A DNA stretch of 64,000 bases from a virus, in the IMG/VR virus record IMGVR_UViG_3300034683_000192, positions 64,001 to 128,000 of that record. One strand, given 5' to 3'. The notes under the pieces were generated by a model that saw only the letters and a program-made list of their open reading frames with translations, searched no databases and had not been told where the DNA came from. How positions within the stretch are numbered: the first letter of the stretch is position 1; the number at the start of each line of letters is the position of its first letter. The translations under genes were made by a program, and so were the position numbers. Positions 10,114 to 20,523 of the stretch are shown here, piece by piece.

Positions 10114-10923
10114 TTAATTCGAGGTAGATTCGCCAGTATCGATTTTGATGTCGGTGTAGATATACGTGGTAAGTAGATTGCAGATAACTCCAGCATTCTG
10201 AATAGCTTCTGCAATTTGTTCTTGAGACATTACCGAAATAGTCTCAAGAAGTTTTGGACAATTGATTCTTCTGGGAGTAAAAACAATTTTGTCACGAAAC
10301 AGATTGTCGATAAAGAAATGCTTATAGCACTGTCCATCTTGATCTGTTACGTGCGAAATATTTTCGATGAAGAATGTATCGAATCTTGAAATAGTTGTAG
10401 CAGGAAGATGCTTCAATGGTGTACTAATAAATCCGACAACCGGATTCTCAGTGACCTCAAACATACGTGTTTTGATAAGAAGCATTTCGTCGGTTGTAAG
10501 CTCGAGTGGATAATGATTGATCACGTATTCGATTGTATCGTCTTTGTGATCATCTCCGGCAAGAATACGATTTCTTTCGACATTTTCTCTATGAAATTCG
10601 GGAAGCTTGTCGAATATATCTGTTGTAGGAGATGCAGCAATAATACGACTGACGTTTTCTCGATCAGTGATGTATTCGAGAATGCTTTCTTCTGTTTCGT
10701 TCAAATCAGGAAAGAATTGGGTTCTGGATATTGTCACTCGGTTATTGTACGCATTGAGATTTGAGAAAATATGGTTGTACGCTTGCTCATTGAGATTCTT
10801 GAGAAGAATACCACCGAGATAGACATCTTGAATATACGCAAGGTCAATGTAGACCTTCTTGATCGTACGAACAAAGTCTTTATTTACGGCTTTGTTGATG
10901 AAGTCCAGATCTATCCCGGTCAT
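10114..10923 (-). CDS. Hypothetical protein in the tail/vRNAP module
   Basis: 269-aa ORF with GGAG RBS, closely coupled to the tape-measure gene. Confidence 0.75.
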   Translation of the reverse strand: MTGIDLDFINKAVNKDFVRTIKKVYIDLAYIQDVYLGGILLKNLNEQAYNHIFSNLNAYNNRVTISRTQFFPDLNETEESILEYITDRENVSRIIAASPTTDIFDKLPEFHRENVERNRILAGDDHKDDTIEYVINHYPLELTTDEMLLIKTRMFEVTENPVVGFISTPLKHLPATTISRFDTFFIENISHVTDQDGQCYKHFFIDNLFRDKIVFTPRRINCPKLLETISVMSQEQIAEAIQNAGVICNLLTTYIYTDIKIDTGESTSN

Positions 10924-11069
10924 GGAAATGCTCCTTAGAGACGGTATTTACTTACATTCTATATCCGGCTGTTCCTAAAAACTATATTCTCTGGGTCTAT
11001 TTGACCCAGGAATATTCAGTACTTGATCATACGATGAATCATCTAGTTCACATTCTAGGAGTTATCCCG

Positions 11070-12761
11070 ATGAAACCTACTCAGCCGTTTAACATATGGC
11101 CTCTCAATATCGACGATCTCATTCGTCGTGAAGGTCTCCTTGAAGTGAAATCTCATCTCATTTGGGAACCATCTACCACAAATCTCCATCCTGACGGTCT
11201 CTTCTCTGAAGGGATATTTGGACAGGTAGGATCACCTGAACGTATCTACAGAATGGGGTTTATTTCACTCAATACGAAGATCATGGTTCCTAACGTGTAT
11301 AAGAACGTGATCGATTTGAAACCCATATATTCCGACATCATGGAAGGTAAAGCATACGCCACCTTCAATAAGAAGACGGGTGAATTCGATCCTTGTCCAA
11401 AGGATCAGCCAGGATGCGATACTGGATATTCCTTCTTTCTTTCGCATTTCGATGAATTGAAGTTCACCCCTACCAATTCACATACACGATCAATGAAAAT
11501 TGCTGCAGTCGAAAAATCGAAAACGATGAACGCTGCGATCGCTGAAAGAATTCCTGTACTTCCTGCAGGTATTCGAGATCTCAAGATGGAAGGAGATCGT
11601 GTAGCTACTGAAGAAATCAATAAGGTCTATTCTGCTATTCTTTCTCTCGCAAGTGAAGTATACCACAAGTTCAATGATCCTATCCTCGATAAGATCTATG
11701 ATGGAGTGAAATACAATATTCAGCTCAAAGTCTACGAACTCTTTGCTACTCATAAAGAGTTTCTCAGTGGAAAGACTGGATTTGCACAGAGAAAATATGC
11801 CAGACGTGCACTCGCGTGCGGTACACGAGGAGTTATCTCTGGTGCAGATATGAAGGGTAAAAATATCGAAGATCCTTCCTATCAGAAACACGATGAGACA
11901 ATTGGTCCTCTTTTCCAATTGGCAAAGGCATTCCAGCCACTTGTCGTGCATCAATTGAGAGAGCTTTTTTACAGCCAGATCTTTACTCAAGTCAGTAACC
12001 GAGTAATCGGTATCGATACGAAGACATATGAAACGACATATATCGAAGTCTCAAATGCTGAAGTAACTCGAGCTCTTTCTGCCGAAGGAATGGAAGACAT
12101 TATCTCGATGTTCCGAAATGTCCACATGCGTGAACGACCGGTAATCATCAGAGATATCAAAGATAAATTCTATTATCTGTTCTTGGTATACGACAGAGAA
12201 AGCGGAAAAGATTCCGCGCAGAATGAAATCTATCTTCTGCGAAATATGAACGACTTCGTTACGTTCATGAAAGACAATCATGGGCATGAAGTTGACAAAT
12301 CAAAGATTCGTCCGCTCACGTATACTGAAATGCTGTATCTTGCAACATACCGTGCAACGGTAGATAAATACTGCACATTTACGCGGTATCCTGCAATTGA
12401 GCTTGGCTCAATATATCCGACGAAGATCAAAGTAGGATCGACGATTCCCAATCGTCAGGTCATGTTCAAGTCGCAGTATGACGACAAAGCCATTCTTCTG
12501 CCAGCATATCCGATTCTTGGAAAGATGTATCTCGATAGTGTCGTGGTCCATCCTTCTCAGGTTGTTGGACTCGGTGCAGACTACGATGGCGATACTGGTT
12601 CTCTTAACAGTGTCATGTCAGCCGAAGCAATTGAAGAATGTCGAACATATCTTAAGAGTTTGAAAAGCTTCATCTCTCCTGATGGTAAATTCATCAAGAG
12701 TGCAGAAACCGCTCTTACTGAATTGACCTTCTTCAATTTGACCAGAGATGCCAGAGCTTAG
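11070..12761 (+). CDS. Virion RNA polymerase beta-prime subunit (N-terminal/catalytic part), phiKZ gp180-like
   Basis: Contains beta-prime motifs HPDGLFSEGIFG, IPVLPAGIRD, FTRYP and the catalytic loop GADYDGD (NADFDGD equivalent). Start moved to ATG 11070 (AGGAG RBS) from the ORF-track TTG at 11001. Confidence 0.9.
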   Translation: MKPTQPFNIWPLNIDDLIRREGLLEVKSHLIWEPSTTNLHPDGLFSEGIFGQVGSPERIYRMGFISLNTKIMVPNVYKNVIDLKPIYSDIMEGKAYATFNKKTGEFDPCPKDQPGCDTGYSFFLSHFDELKFTPTNSHTRSMKIAAVEKSKTMNAAIAERIPVLPAGIRDLKMEGDRVATEEINKVYSAILSLASEVYHKFNDPILDKIYDGVKYNIQLKVYELFATHKEFLSGKTGFAQRKYARRALACGTRGVISGADMKGKNIEDPSYQKHDETIGPLFQLAKAFQPLVVHQLRELFYSQIFTQVSNRVIGIDTKTYETTYIEVSNAEVTRALSAEGMEDIISMFRNVHMRERPVIIRDIKDKFYYLFLVYDRESGKDSAQNEIYLLRNMNDFVTFMKDNHGHEVDKSKIRPLTYTEMLYLATYRATVDKYCTFTRYPAIELGSIYPTKIKVGSTIPNRQVMFKSQYDDKAILLPAYPILGKMYLDSVVVHPSQVVGLGADYDGDTGSLNSVMSAEAIEECRTYLKSLKSFISPDGKFIKSAETALTELTFFNLTRDARA

Positions 12762-12775
12762 ACAAAAAAAAAAGA

Positions 12776-12814
12776 AAAGAGGAGAGGAGCCCAATTGGGC
12801 TCCTCCCTCATCTT
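12776..12814. terminator. Hairpin between convergent genes
   Basis: GGAGCCCAATTGGGCTCC core, flanked by an A-tract. Confidence 0.65.
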
Positions 12815-12832
12815 ACGATATGCGTGCTCGTC

Positions 12833-13585
12833 TTATTGACGAACTGTCACTTCAGGCTCTTCGTCTTTTTCATCGAATTTCCAGTAAGCCTGTACGTCGA
12901 CTGCCCCCGAAATATTCGGACGTTCAAGACCCATCTTCGTTTGCCCATTGGCAAGGAATCGAGTCATGATGTACGTCCGCTCTCTTTCGGAGAGTTCGAC
13001 TTTGGCGTCTTCTTTCTGTTCGATGAGACGATCTTCGCCGTGTTCAAAGATGCACTCGGATACTCCGAAGTTTCCGTTCTTGTAGTGCAAGCAGAACCTT
13101 GGCAGCATGTACTTGCGACCATTTTGCAGGTAATGCATTTCTGACAGCACGATGTACCCTTCTTCATTCGGGTCGTCGAGCAGAATGGTATCTACCGCTT
13201 CCGGAGTAGAAGATTCCGGATTCTGGATGAAGAACTCGATCTTTCGAAGAACGTTGTCGATATTCTCCTTTCCATGAGTCGCACGAGCAATGCCCACGTC
13301 GTAGATCATCGGAGGGAGGGATTCCATGTTGGTATGGATTGCAGCCGAGATAATCCCCTTGAGAGCAGAACTTCTCGTTGCAAAATCCGTCCCGACATTC
13401 ATGGAGTTGACCATGGTGATTTCGCCAGTGTACGCGCCTTCGACGTTTTTGGTCGGATACGCGATGATCATTGCAAGATCATCGATGCTGCGCAAGCACG
13501 GAAAACTCCCATCGAGGAAGTTTTTATAGAGATCCTGCTTGGACAGAATGGTGATGAGCTTGTCATTGAATCTCAGCATCCACAT
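12833..13585 (-). CDS. Hypothetical protein
   Basis: 250-aa ORF, part of a same-strand run; ends at a hairpin. Confidence 0.7.
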   Translation of the reverse strand: MWMLRFNDKLITILSKQDLYKNFLDGSFPCLRSIDDLAMIIAYPTKNVEGAYTGEITMVNSMNVGTDFATRSSALKGIISAAIHTNMESLPPMIYDVGIARATHGKENIDNVLRKIEFFIQNPESSTPEAVDTILLDDPNEEGYIVLSEMHYLQNGRKYMLPRFCLHYKNGNFGVSECIFEHGEDRLIEQKEDAKVELSERERTYIMTRFLANGQTKMGLERPNISGAVDVQAYWKFDEKDEEPEVTVRQ

Positions 13586-13608
13586 TGGAAAACTCCGTCA
13601 GTTAAGGG

Positions 13609-14280
13609 TTAGATGAAATGGTAGAAAAGACGTTCGATTTCTTCATCGTTGAACCGGAAAATCCGATCACCCGGTTCGAGTAGAATGGACTGAGGAAGTT
13701 GTTCCCCGTAAGGAATTTCGATTCTGGAATCGTCCTTCTTTTTGTAGAGGACGTAGACGTTGTTCATCGACCATTCCGCCAGTCTCTTCTTCGGGTAGAT
13801 GAGATGAGGCCGATTCCTGTTGTTCCCACGAAGTCCCCAGATGACATTCGGAGAGATCTTGTTCATGACCACGGCAGAAACTTCATCATTGTAATGCTTG
13901 GAGTTTGCTGCAGGAATGAATCGCAGTTCGAGAGAATCTGCATCGATGAGGTAGTCGACATCTTCGCGGATCTGGTACCGATGCCCACGTACTTTCGGTC
14001 TTCCATCTTTCGGCATCGTGCGCATGATGCGTTCTTTGTCGAACACTCCAGTCGCTTGATCCGGATGCTTGACGATGTATACCGTGTGGGAGTCACAGTA
14101 GAGCGAGATGATCGCCTGCTGGTGTTTGACGATCCCGACTTCGTAGAGTTCCTTCGATTCGAAAATGTGATTCAGTGCGGTACCAGAGATGAAGATGGAT
14201 CGATCCCCGACACGAAGGGTATTGAAGTTGGCGGTAATGAAGTCCAGTTGATCTTCGAAGCTGTGAGCAGTCTGAAGCAT
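13609..14280 (-). CDS. Hypothetical protein
   Basis: 223-aa ORF in a co-directional run. Confidence 0.7.
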   Translation of the reverse strand: MLQTAHSFEDQLDFITANFNTLRVGDRSIFISGTALNHIFESKELYEVGIVKHQQAIISLYCDSHTVYIVKHPDQATGVFDKERIMRTMPKDGRPKVRGHRYQIREDVDYLIDADSLELRFIPAANSKHYNDEVSAVVMNKISPNVIWGLRGNNRNRPHLIYPKKRLAEWSMNNVYVLYKKKDDSRIEIPYGEQLPQSILLEPGDRIFRFNDEEIERLFYHFI

Positions 14281-14329
14281 GATGAGTATTCCTTTGTGTG
14301 AGTATAGAGTTATTGGACTTTGTGTACGA

Positions 14330-14860
14330 TTACTTACGGAAAGTTTTGCACAGTCGATATGCTTCTTCGAATTTCTTTTGTATCTGAATGCTTCGCAAAT
14401 TCACTTCGATGGAGGGTACGTCACGATACACTGTAGGCCATACCCAAACACGAATAGAACGTGCGTTTTTGGTAATCATTTCTTCTTGAATCTTATCTGC
14501 GTCGGAAAATGCGATTTCCCACTTCGTGGTGGTTTCTTCAGGATAACCATACGTAGTGTAACTCACGTGTGGGTTGTTTGCATCTATTTTGACCCAAGAA
14601 AATCCACCCTCGATAAATTCCTTCGAGGTACCCAAAAATTCCGTAGTAGAGACAGAAATCATCGGGTAGTTACAGAGATTCTCAGGAGAGTAGTCAAGGT
14701 AGAGAGAAACTTGGTCGTCGGTATTGTCGATTTGAATTCTTGCAACTTGTGCGTTATTCGCGAAATCCGAGAGAACAGGAATTACTGAAACATTCGACTC
14801 TTTCGCATGTGCAGATACAGAGAACAGAAGCGAGATAGTGAGAACAAGAATGCGCAGCAT
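14330..14860 (-). CDS. Hypothetical exported protein (Sec-type signal peptide)
   Basis: GGAG RBS before ATG 14860; N-terminus MLRILVLTISLLFSVSAHA-KES has an AxA cleavage motif. Confidence 0.65.
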   Translation of the reverse strand: MLRILVLTISLLFSVSAHAKESNVSVIPVLSDFANNAQVARIQIDNTDDQVSLYLDYSPENLCNYPMISVSTTEFLGTSKEFIEGGFSWVKIDANNPHVSYTTYGYPEETTTKWEIAFSDADKIQEEMITKNARSIRVWVWPTVYRDVPSIEVNLRSIQIQKKFEEAYRLCKTFRK

Positions 14861-14923
14861 GATTGTCGCTCCATTTGTAGGAGGGGACCTTTCGATCCCC
14901 TCCAAGATGTATCGTTGATTCGG

Positions 14924-15982
14924 TTATTCGTGGTCACCTTCGAGATGGTAATCTCGACCGAGATCCATCGTTACTCGTGGGGTAATAGTTCTCAGAAATT
15001 CTGCCGTGTGATCGATATGGAAAATTAGATGGCCATCCACACATTTGACACACGTCGCGCTGACTACTACTTTGGAAAAATCAGCACTGATCTGTTTGGA
15101 TGGACTCCAAAATTCCTTAATGACTGACTCGTAGCAGGGCGCAGATTCCGCTAACTTCAGTGTGATTTTGGGTGGTGTATCGATGGAAAATTGAACTTTT
15201 TCGACGTCTGCCTGATATATGGTATCAGTACGTAGGTCGTGAATTATTGTTCCCTGCGAATGAAAATAGTCATAGATCTCTGTGTAAGGATCCACGACAA
15301 CTTTTTCACACACGAAACAATCTACCAGATTTACTGAAGAATTATTCTTAGTAATATCTACTTCAATCCCGCGCAGTTTCCCTGTAAATTTTCCGTATGT
15401 TTCCTTATGATTGACACTTACTGTTTTACCCAGATATTTGTCTATGGGGAAAACTGGAATTGTCGCATCAGCGATGATCATTTGTGGTGCACCGTAAGCA
15501 CCAACATTGTGGATTTGCGATCCATCTATGACGGATGTGACATTGGAGGTAAATGCATCGTCTGCATCCGCATATTTGAGATAGTGAAGTTCAGCATGAA
15601 CTGCGATATTCTGTCTATGCGGAATGTAGATCGTTCGGTTCTTTTTTGTATTGAAGTAATTCAGTTCAGCGAGATTGAGTCTGTCGTATGTCGCACCACG
15701 TCTGAGATATTCATTGAGAAATTTTCCCTCAATGTATTTCAGAGAAATCTCATCGAATACGTTCTTCGGGTCAAGTATAGCGTAGTGGTCGGAATTCTTA
15801 TCGTCGATCACCTGTATTTTAAGGGTATTGATGTCCTTTATTTTGTCACAATAGATTCTTGCAACAGTAGGAACGAATTCTTCCGTCGTGTCGAGTACAA
15901 GTTTTGTTGAAAACAGCTTGTCGAGACAATCGGTCAGATTGATCAATTCCTCGAGCTGAGTGAGATGTACTTTTTGAAACAT
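14924..15982 (-). CDS. Hypothetical protein
   Basis: 352-aa ORF with AAGGAG RBS. Confidence 0.75.
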   Translation of the reverse strand: MFQKVHLTQLEELINLTDCLDKLFSTKLVLDTTEEFVPTVARIYCDKIKDINTLKIQVIDDKNSDHYAILDPKNVFDEISLKYIEGKFLNEYLRRGATYDRLNLAELNYFNTKKNRTIYIPHRQNIAVHAELHYLKYADADDAFTSNVTSVIDGSQIHNVGAYGAPQMIIADATIPVFPIDKYLGKTVSVNHKETYGKFTGKLRGIEVDITKNNSSVNLVDCFVCEKVVVDPYTEIYDYFHSQGTIIHDLRTDTIYQADVEKVQFSIDTPPKITLKLAESAPCYESVIKEFWSPSKQISADFSKVVVSATCVKCVDGHLIFHIDHTAEFLRTITPRVTMDLGRDYHLEGDHE

Positions 15983-15993
15983 GACGTTCTCCT

Positions 15994-17049
15994 TTAAGAA
16001 TAGGTAGGTTCAGTCGTATAAATCTCGTTACTCGGATCAATGTAGATCCTGGTGAGAGGATCCGACGAGAATTCGATTTGGTCAATCGGTACTTCAACGT
16101 ATTGTGGAAGATTGTCTATATTTCTCCCTTTCGACATCAGCTGGACCTGATCTGGTTTGACGTAGAATCGAATCTGTATTTGGTCGATGACTACTCGATC
16201 CACGATACCTGGATATTCGTCACCGGTAGCGATATTTCTCACGATGAAGTTACGAGACTTCGTGATTTGTCTGAATAACGTATCCGGATCGAAAGTCTTT
16301 CCGTCGGATTTTCTTGCGAGTATACCTGGATGATCTGTATTGGGAGGACGATTCGGGTAAACTATGATTCTCGTAAGACGATTAAGTACTGTCGATTTGC
16401 CGTCTGGTTTGGTAACTGTAAATGCATCGTCGATGAAATTGGACAATGCGTTTTCCTGTATCAGACTCGAGAGATCGTTGATCGAAGTATATACTTTATC
16501 GTCGCGTACCGCAGAAATCAGACACGCTGGTTCTCCGTCGAATTTGTAAATACTCGGTATTGTGCATTCACGTGGTATGGATATCCACCTATTGAGGCCA
16601 CCAACTTTCAACAATACGTCGAATTGTTCTTTGTATCCTACAATTCCTACGCGATGCGGTCGAAATTGATAGTAATTGTTGTACATGTAGCACCGATCAT
16701 CGATCGACACTGCCAAAATATTTGCGCAAAGATATGCTGGATCTCCATTAGTGGATATACTTAAGTATATTGGAGTATTGAAGATTTTTTGGTAATATTC
16801 CTGAATTACTGCGATATCAAATTCGGGATATTTCGATTTGCAGTAATGTTCCAGATCATCTTTCGATATGAACACACCACTTTCAGGATATCGAGTAGAG
16901 GTAATCGATACTTGAAGATCACCATGAATTCGAATTTGTTCTGGAATAGGCGGAAGCCCTTCATCGTCATCTTCTATTGACTTGAGTGGGTAATTGAACA
17001 GCAGTTTATACATTATCTGGACCATAGTTTCTTGTGCGGAAGTGGTCAT
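15994..17049 (-). CDS. Hypothetical protein
   Basis: 351-aa ORF with GAGG RBS. Confidence 0.75.
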   Translation of the reverse strand: MTTSAQETMVQIMYKLLFNYPLKSIEDDDEGLPPIPEQIRIHGDLQVSITSTRYPESGVFISKDDLEHYCKSKYPEFDIAVIQEYYQKIFNTPIYLSISTNGDPAYLCANILAVSIDDRCYMYNNYYQFRPHRVGIVGYKEQFDVLLKVGGLNRWISIPRECTIPSIYKFDGEPACLISAVRDDKVYTSINDLSSLIQENALSNFIDDAFTVTKPDGKSTVLNRLTRIIVYPNRPPNTDHPGILARKSDGKTFDPDTLFRQITKSRNFIVRNIATGDEYPGIVDRVVIDQIQIRFYVKPDQVQLMSKGRNIDNLPQYVEVPIDQIEFSSDPLTRIYIDPSNEIYTTEPTYS

Positions 17050-17126
17050 AAAAATTCCTCGTCGGTCTAATAGTTATCCGGTAGGGGATTTATCCCCTAC
17101 CGGTAGTTTGTCCTATATGCTACGCC

Positions 17127-17585
17127 CTAGCCAGGATATGGAAATTCGGCAAATGTCTCGGGTACTTTATAGCACCCAAAACAGTCGTCTACTTCTTTGA
17201 GGTCGGAAAGCTTGAACTTGGTTACGATACCACTACGGTGTTCACAAAGACCGATCATTGTGGATTCAGGAGTTTCTATCAAGTCGACATATTGCAACGG
17301 AGAGAATTGATAAAATACACCATGATCCAGTTTGAACGGAACGAGAACTGTCGCATCTCTGATAGCATCGTAGATATGTGATGCACTGAGACACTGACTT
17401 TTGGTGAATACCGACATTCCGTCGGCAAGAAGAATTTCGATGCAGTATTTTTTACGAACACCCCAGAATCTAAAACAAGAAATGTCCGCAGTCTTATTGG
17501 TATTCTTGACGAGAAGATTTACGGAATGCCCGATGTAATGACGAAAGTAGTCAACTTCGTAAATGAGACTGGTAAGTTCCAACAT
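17127..17585 (-). CDS. Hypothetical protein
   Basis: Start moved to ATG 17585 (AAAGGA RBS) because the ORF-track start lies inside a palindrome. Confidence 0.65.
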   Translation of the reverse strand: MLELTSLIYEVDYFRHYIGHSVNLLVKNTNKTADISCFRFWGVRKKYCIEILLADGMSVFTKSQCLSASHIYDAIRDATVLVPFKLDHGVFYQFSPLQYVDLIETPESTMIGLCEHRSGIVTKFKLSDLKEVDDCFGCYKVPETFAEFPYPG

Positions 17586-17647
17586 GATGAATGTTCCTTT
17601 AGCTATCAGGTAGGGATCCAATTGGATCCCTACCTGGAGATGGTGGA

Positions 17648-18238
17648 TTATTTCACATTGTCTTTGTGGAGATGATACACCCCCGATACCCCGTCAACCG
17701 GGATAAGTTCAGTGAGATCGTACAGGAATACCGTTTTGCGAAATCCCACGTGATTCCGATACGACAGAGAAAGCCTGAGTTCTACTGCTTCGAGGTGAGT
17801 GATCTGTACCTCCGTACCGGTATGGGAATATTCCGTCACTTGGTCCAGACGAATCTCTGCAACTTCTGCTGGGCGAAATATTACCGAGTATTCGTCTTGT
17901 CGCGGATTCGATGGATCTGGCGAACAGTATCTGACTGGAATCAGTACCGTCGAGTACGCAAGTGGTGTAAGTATCGACTGTACGGCAATAGCCGGATGAG
18001 AAGAACGCACACATATACGCGAGCGTCTTTCTCTGGTCTCGACTGTAACTTGCCCGAAGTTGAACACTCCACCAATACACACGCTCGTGATTTTGTCGTC
18101 AGGGTATTCGCAGTCGAAGTGGTCACCGGATCTTGTTCCGATGAGTTCTTCGATGTGTTTGAGCCTATCAGGAAGCTCTAGCAAACTCATGAAGGTAACT
18201 TCTCGCACTAGCTCCTCCTTATTCGGAAGTATCTTCAA
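17648..18238 (-). CDS. Hypothetical protein
   Basis: 196-aa ORF in a co-directional run. Confidence 0.65.
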   Translation of the reverse strand: MKILPNKEELVREVTFMSLLELPDRLKHIEELIGTRSGDHFDCEYPDDKITSVCIGGVFNFGQVTVETRERRSRICVRSSHPAIAVQSILTPLAYSTVLIPVRYCSPDPSNPRQDEYSVIFRPAEVAEIRLDQVTEYSHTGTEVQITHLEAVELRLSLSYRNHVGFRKTVFLYDLTELIPVDGVSGVYHLHKDNVK

Positions 18239-18761
18239 TCAGATACAGACCTGATCGGTATTCTTTCAACCGATCGATTGAGATCTGTGCCGACGTTGTA
18301 CCATTTCCGAGATTCCGTACCACCACGAATTCATCGATGGGAAGATGCGGCCCACATTGAGTGAAGACAATTTCCCCGAGTACGCCAGGAATGATGGCTA
18401 TTCTGTGGCCGTAATCTTCTTGTTCGCAACCGGAGTGAATGAACCCGAGTAGATGAAGATACTTGATCGAATCTTTCTTCATGTCGATCTTCCACACCAG
18501 TTTGCATGCGGGAGAAAGATAGGAAGCTTTCGCGTACGACCCTGTGACAGATAGTTCCAACTTCACCGTGTGGATAGTGAAGCTCGCGTTTTCGTCGTAC
18601 TTGGTAAATTCCGGAAGACCCTTGTGTGTCAGAGACATTTTCAGGTCTCCGTACGACTTCAGGATGTACTGTTTGACATCCTTCATGTTCTTCCCGACCA
18701 AGCTACGCAATGTCATAAGTTCCGGAACATGATGCTTGGTGAATTTGGGTTCGAAGATCAT
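18219..18761 (-). CDS. Hypothetical protein
   Basis: 180-aa ORF with a short overlap with the next gene. Confidence 0.65.
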   Translation of the reverse strand: MIFEPKFTKHHVPELMTLRSLVGKNMKDVKQYILKSYGDLKMSLTHKGLPEFTKYDENASFTIHTVKLELSVTGSYAKASYLSPACKLVWKIDMKKDSIKYLHLLGFIHSGCEQEDYGHRIAIIPGVLGEIVFTQCGPHLPIDEFVVVRNLGNGTTSAQISIDRLKEYRSGLYLIEDTSE

Positions 18762-18970
18762 TCTTCCTTCCTTGCAGTAGGATATATCAAAATGCAGTTG
18801 TTGCGAAAATCAAGCTGATGATAGTGGTATTCTTTTTCCACCACCTCACCAAGATCATAGGTACTCAGAATATGGGGATTGCCATCAACGGTGGTTGAAC
18901 TTCGATTTTGGAGTATTTCATTTGAATATCCTTGTGGTCGGGAGGGGATTTCTCCCCTCCCGATGATTGA

Positions 18971-19603
18971 TCATTTGCTTTCGAGTATCCGTACCTGAAA
19001 CAAGTCGTCGTCGTGCGAATCTTCGAAAAACTCACACTGAGAAAGCCGGATGGTCAGGAGGTCGTCGGTCTCATTTCCGGGAAGATGCACAGCACGAAGT
19101 ACGAGCTTGGTGTCGTATCCTTTCAGTCCGACAGCATTGCAGAGAATGAGTGCGTGCGGAAAATAAGTCGTGTACATGGGGACAGATCGTACTTCACCAC
19201 CCGGTGTCTGGTACAGGCTCTGAGTTTCTACGACGAACAGCTTGTTCTCGATTCTCCACATTTCTTCGAGCAGCGGATCGAATTGCTCGACGTCGACTTC
19301 GATGGATATCGGATTTTCGCAATGTCCAGCCGCGGTAAGCCGAACATTGGCGTGTCTGGTTACGGGAATGTAGACTTCATTGATCGTTTCCGTACCCCAC
19401 ACTTCAGTAGGTTCCAGATCCTTTCGACGACGTATGCTCACTCGAATCGGTGCAGCGATCAGCGAGTACATCGAGTCCAGCCATTCGAGCATCGGATTTA
19501 CCGGGCCAGCGAGCAGCCCGCTACTGGTTCTCGAATCTTCCTTGTACGTGAAGAGATCGTTCCCGAATGGGAATTCTTTGGCTACCGATGCTTCTTCTAC
19601 CAT
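18971..19603 (-). CDS. Hypothetical protein
   Basis: 210-aa ORF, coupled to the upstream gene, followed by a hairpin. Confidence 0.65.
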   Translation of the reverse strand: MVEEASVAKEFPFGNDLFTYKEDSRTSSGLLAGPVNPMLEWLDSMYSLIAAPIRVSIRRRKDLEPTEVWGTETINEVYIPVTRHANVRLTAAGHCENPISIEVDVEQFDPLLEEMWRIENKLFVVETQSLYQTPGGEVRSVPMYTTYFPHALILCNAVGLKGYDTKLVLRAVHLPGNETDDLLTIRLSQCEFFEDSHDDDLFQVRILESK

Positions 19604-19923
19604 GTGACTTTCCTCACTCGATGTTTGGTGTAGGTAAGGGGATAGCGTCCTTGCCCGCAGACAGGAAGAACTTTGTCAAACTGTCCGATTGTAGGATCGA
19701 TCCACCAAGAATCTGCGACCACCCAAGTATGGCTGACGTCATCTATGGTTGCCACATGTACACTCATTTGTGATGGATCAAATCCTGCAGCTACGAGCAT
19801 AGATAAAGCGAGCGACACCATCTGTCCGCACTTGTAACATCCAGCACCATATTCTCCGTCCGGACCAAAGTGGTCCGCGAGGAAGTTGGCGATGGTTTCC
19901 GGAGACTTACTTTTTCCGTTCAT
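19597..19923 (-). CDS. Small transglutaminase/papain-like fold protein (putative Cys-His-Asp triad)
   Basis: GAGCYKC...SHTWVVADSWWIDPTIGQF matches the GxC...HxW...xDPT pattern of transglutaminase-like proteins. Confidence 0.55.
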   Translation of the reverse strand: MNGKSKSPETIANFLADHFGPDGEYGAGCYKCGQMVSLALSMLVAAGFDPSQMSVHVATIDDVSHTWVVADSWWIDPTIGQFDKVLPVCGQGRYPLTYTKHRVRKVTW

Positions 19924-20407
19924 AGTTCATCTCCGAAAAGTTCATCTGGTGCTCGGGGATTTTGATGGAATAGCAATGAGGGAAATCTTCCACGGGATTC
20001 ACAGGAGTCGATTTCAAATCGACAATCAATTGACCCCACTTCTTTCCATTGATCGGTCTGGTCAGAAACAGTTTGACGAGAGGCTTTTTGTAGAAGTTGT
20101 TCCACACCACGATATGACTCAGGGTATAGAACCTGGTGATCGGCTTACCTTTCTTGGTAAGCTCGGAAGTCAGAAACGAAACATGTCTGTACATGTCGAA
20201 TACTTCATCCGACACGTATTGGTCGACGACCAGTCTGGTCTTGACTGATACGGATGCAGCGTCCTTCGGGTCCGTTATGAAAATTTCATTCCCTCTGGGG
20301 CAGATGTGTACCACATGTTTTCCGCAGGCATTCCCGTCGAGATGAGTAATCGTCTCGTACAGGGAATCGAACCCGTGGGCAACACCAGATGCGAAAAGAT
20401 GACACAT
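19907..20407 (-). CDS. Hypothetical protein (first gene after a TATATTAC motif)
   Basis: 166-aa ORF with AAGG RBS. Confidence 0.65.
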   Translation of the reverse strand: MCHLFASGVAHGFDSLYETITHLDGNACGKHVVHICPRGNEIFITDPKDAASVSVKTRLVVDQYVSDEVFDMYRHVSFLTSELTKKGKPITRFYTLSHIVVWNNFYKKPLVKLFLTRPINGKKWGQLIVDLKSTPVNPVEDFPHCYSIKIPEHQMNFSEMNYERKK

Positions 20408-20450
20408 GTGAAATTTCCTTTGGTTTAGGTTAGTGAAACATATCAGATTT

Positions 20451-20458
20451 GTAATATA
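20451..20458 (-). promoter_or_regulatory. TATATTAC, phiKZ-type early promoter motif
   Basis: Upstream of the ORFan run starting at 20407. Confidence 0.6.
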
Positions 20459-20523
20459 TACACAAAACCATGCTCATCTAGGAGGGATATCCCCCTAGAT
20501 GAGTGAGTAGGCGTAGTCTTGAA

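Noticed and set aside
18762-18921. Possible frameshifted small gene (MKYSKIEV followed by STTVDGNPHILSTY... in another frame)
   Set aside because: No homology or motif evidence; it could be two chance fragments.
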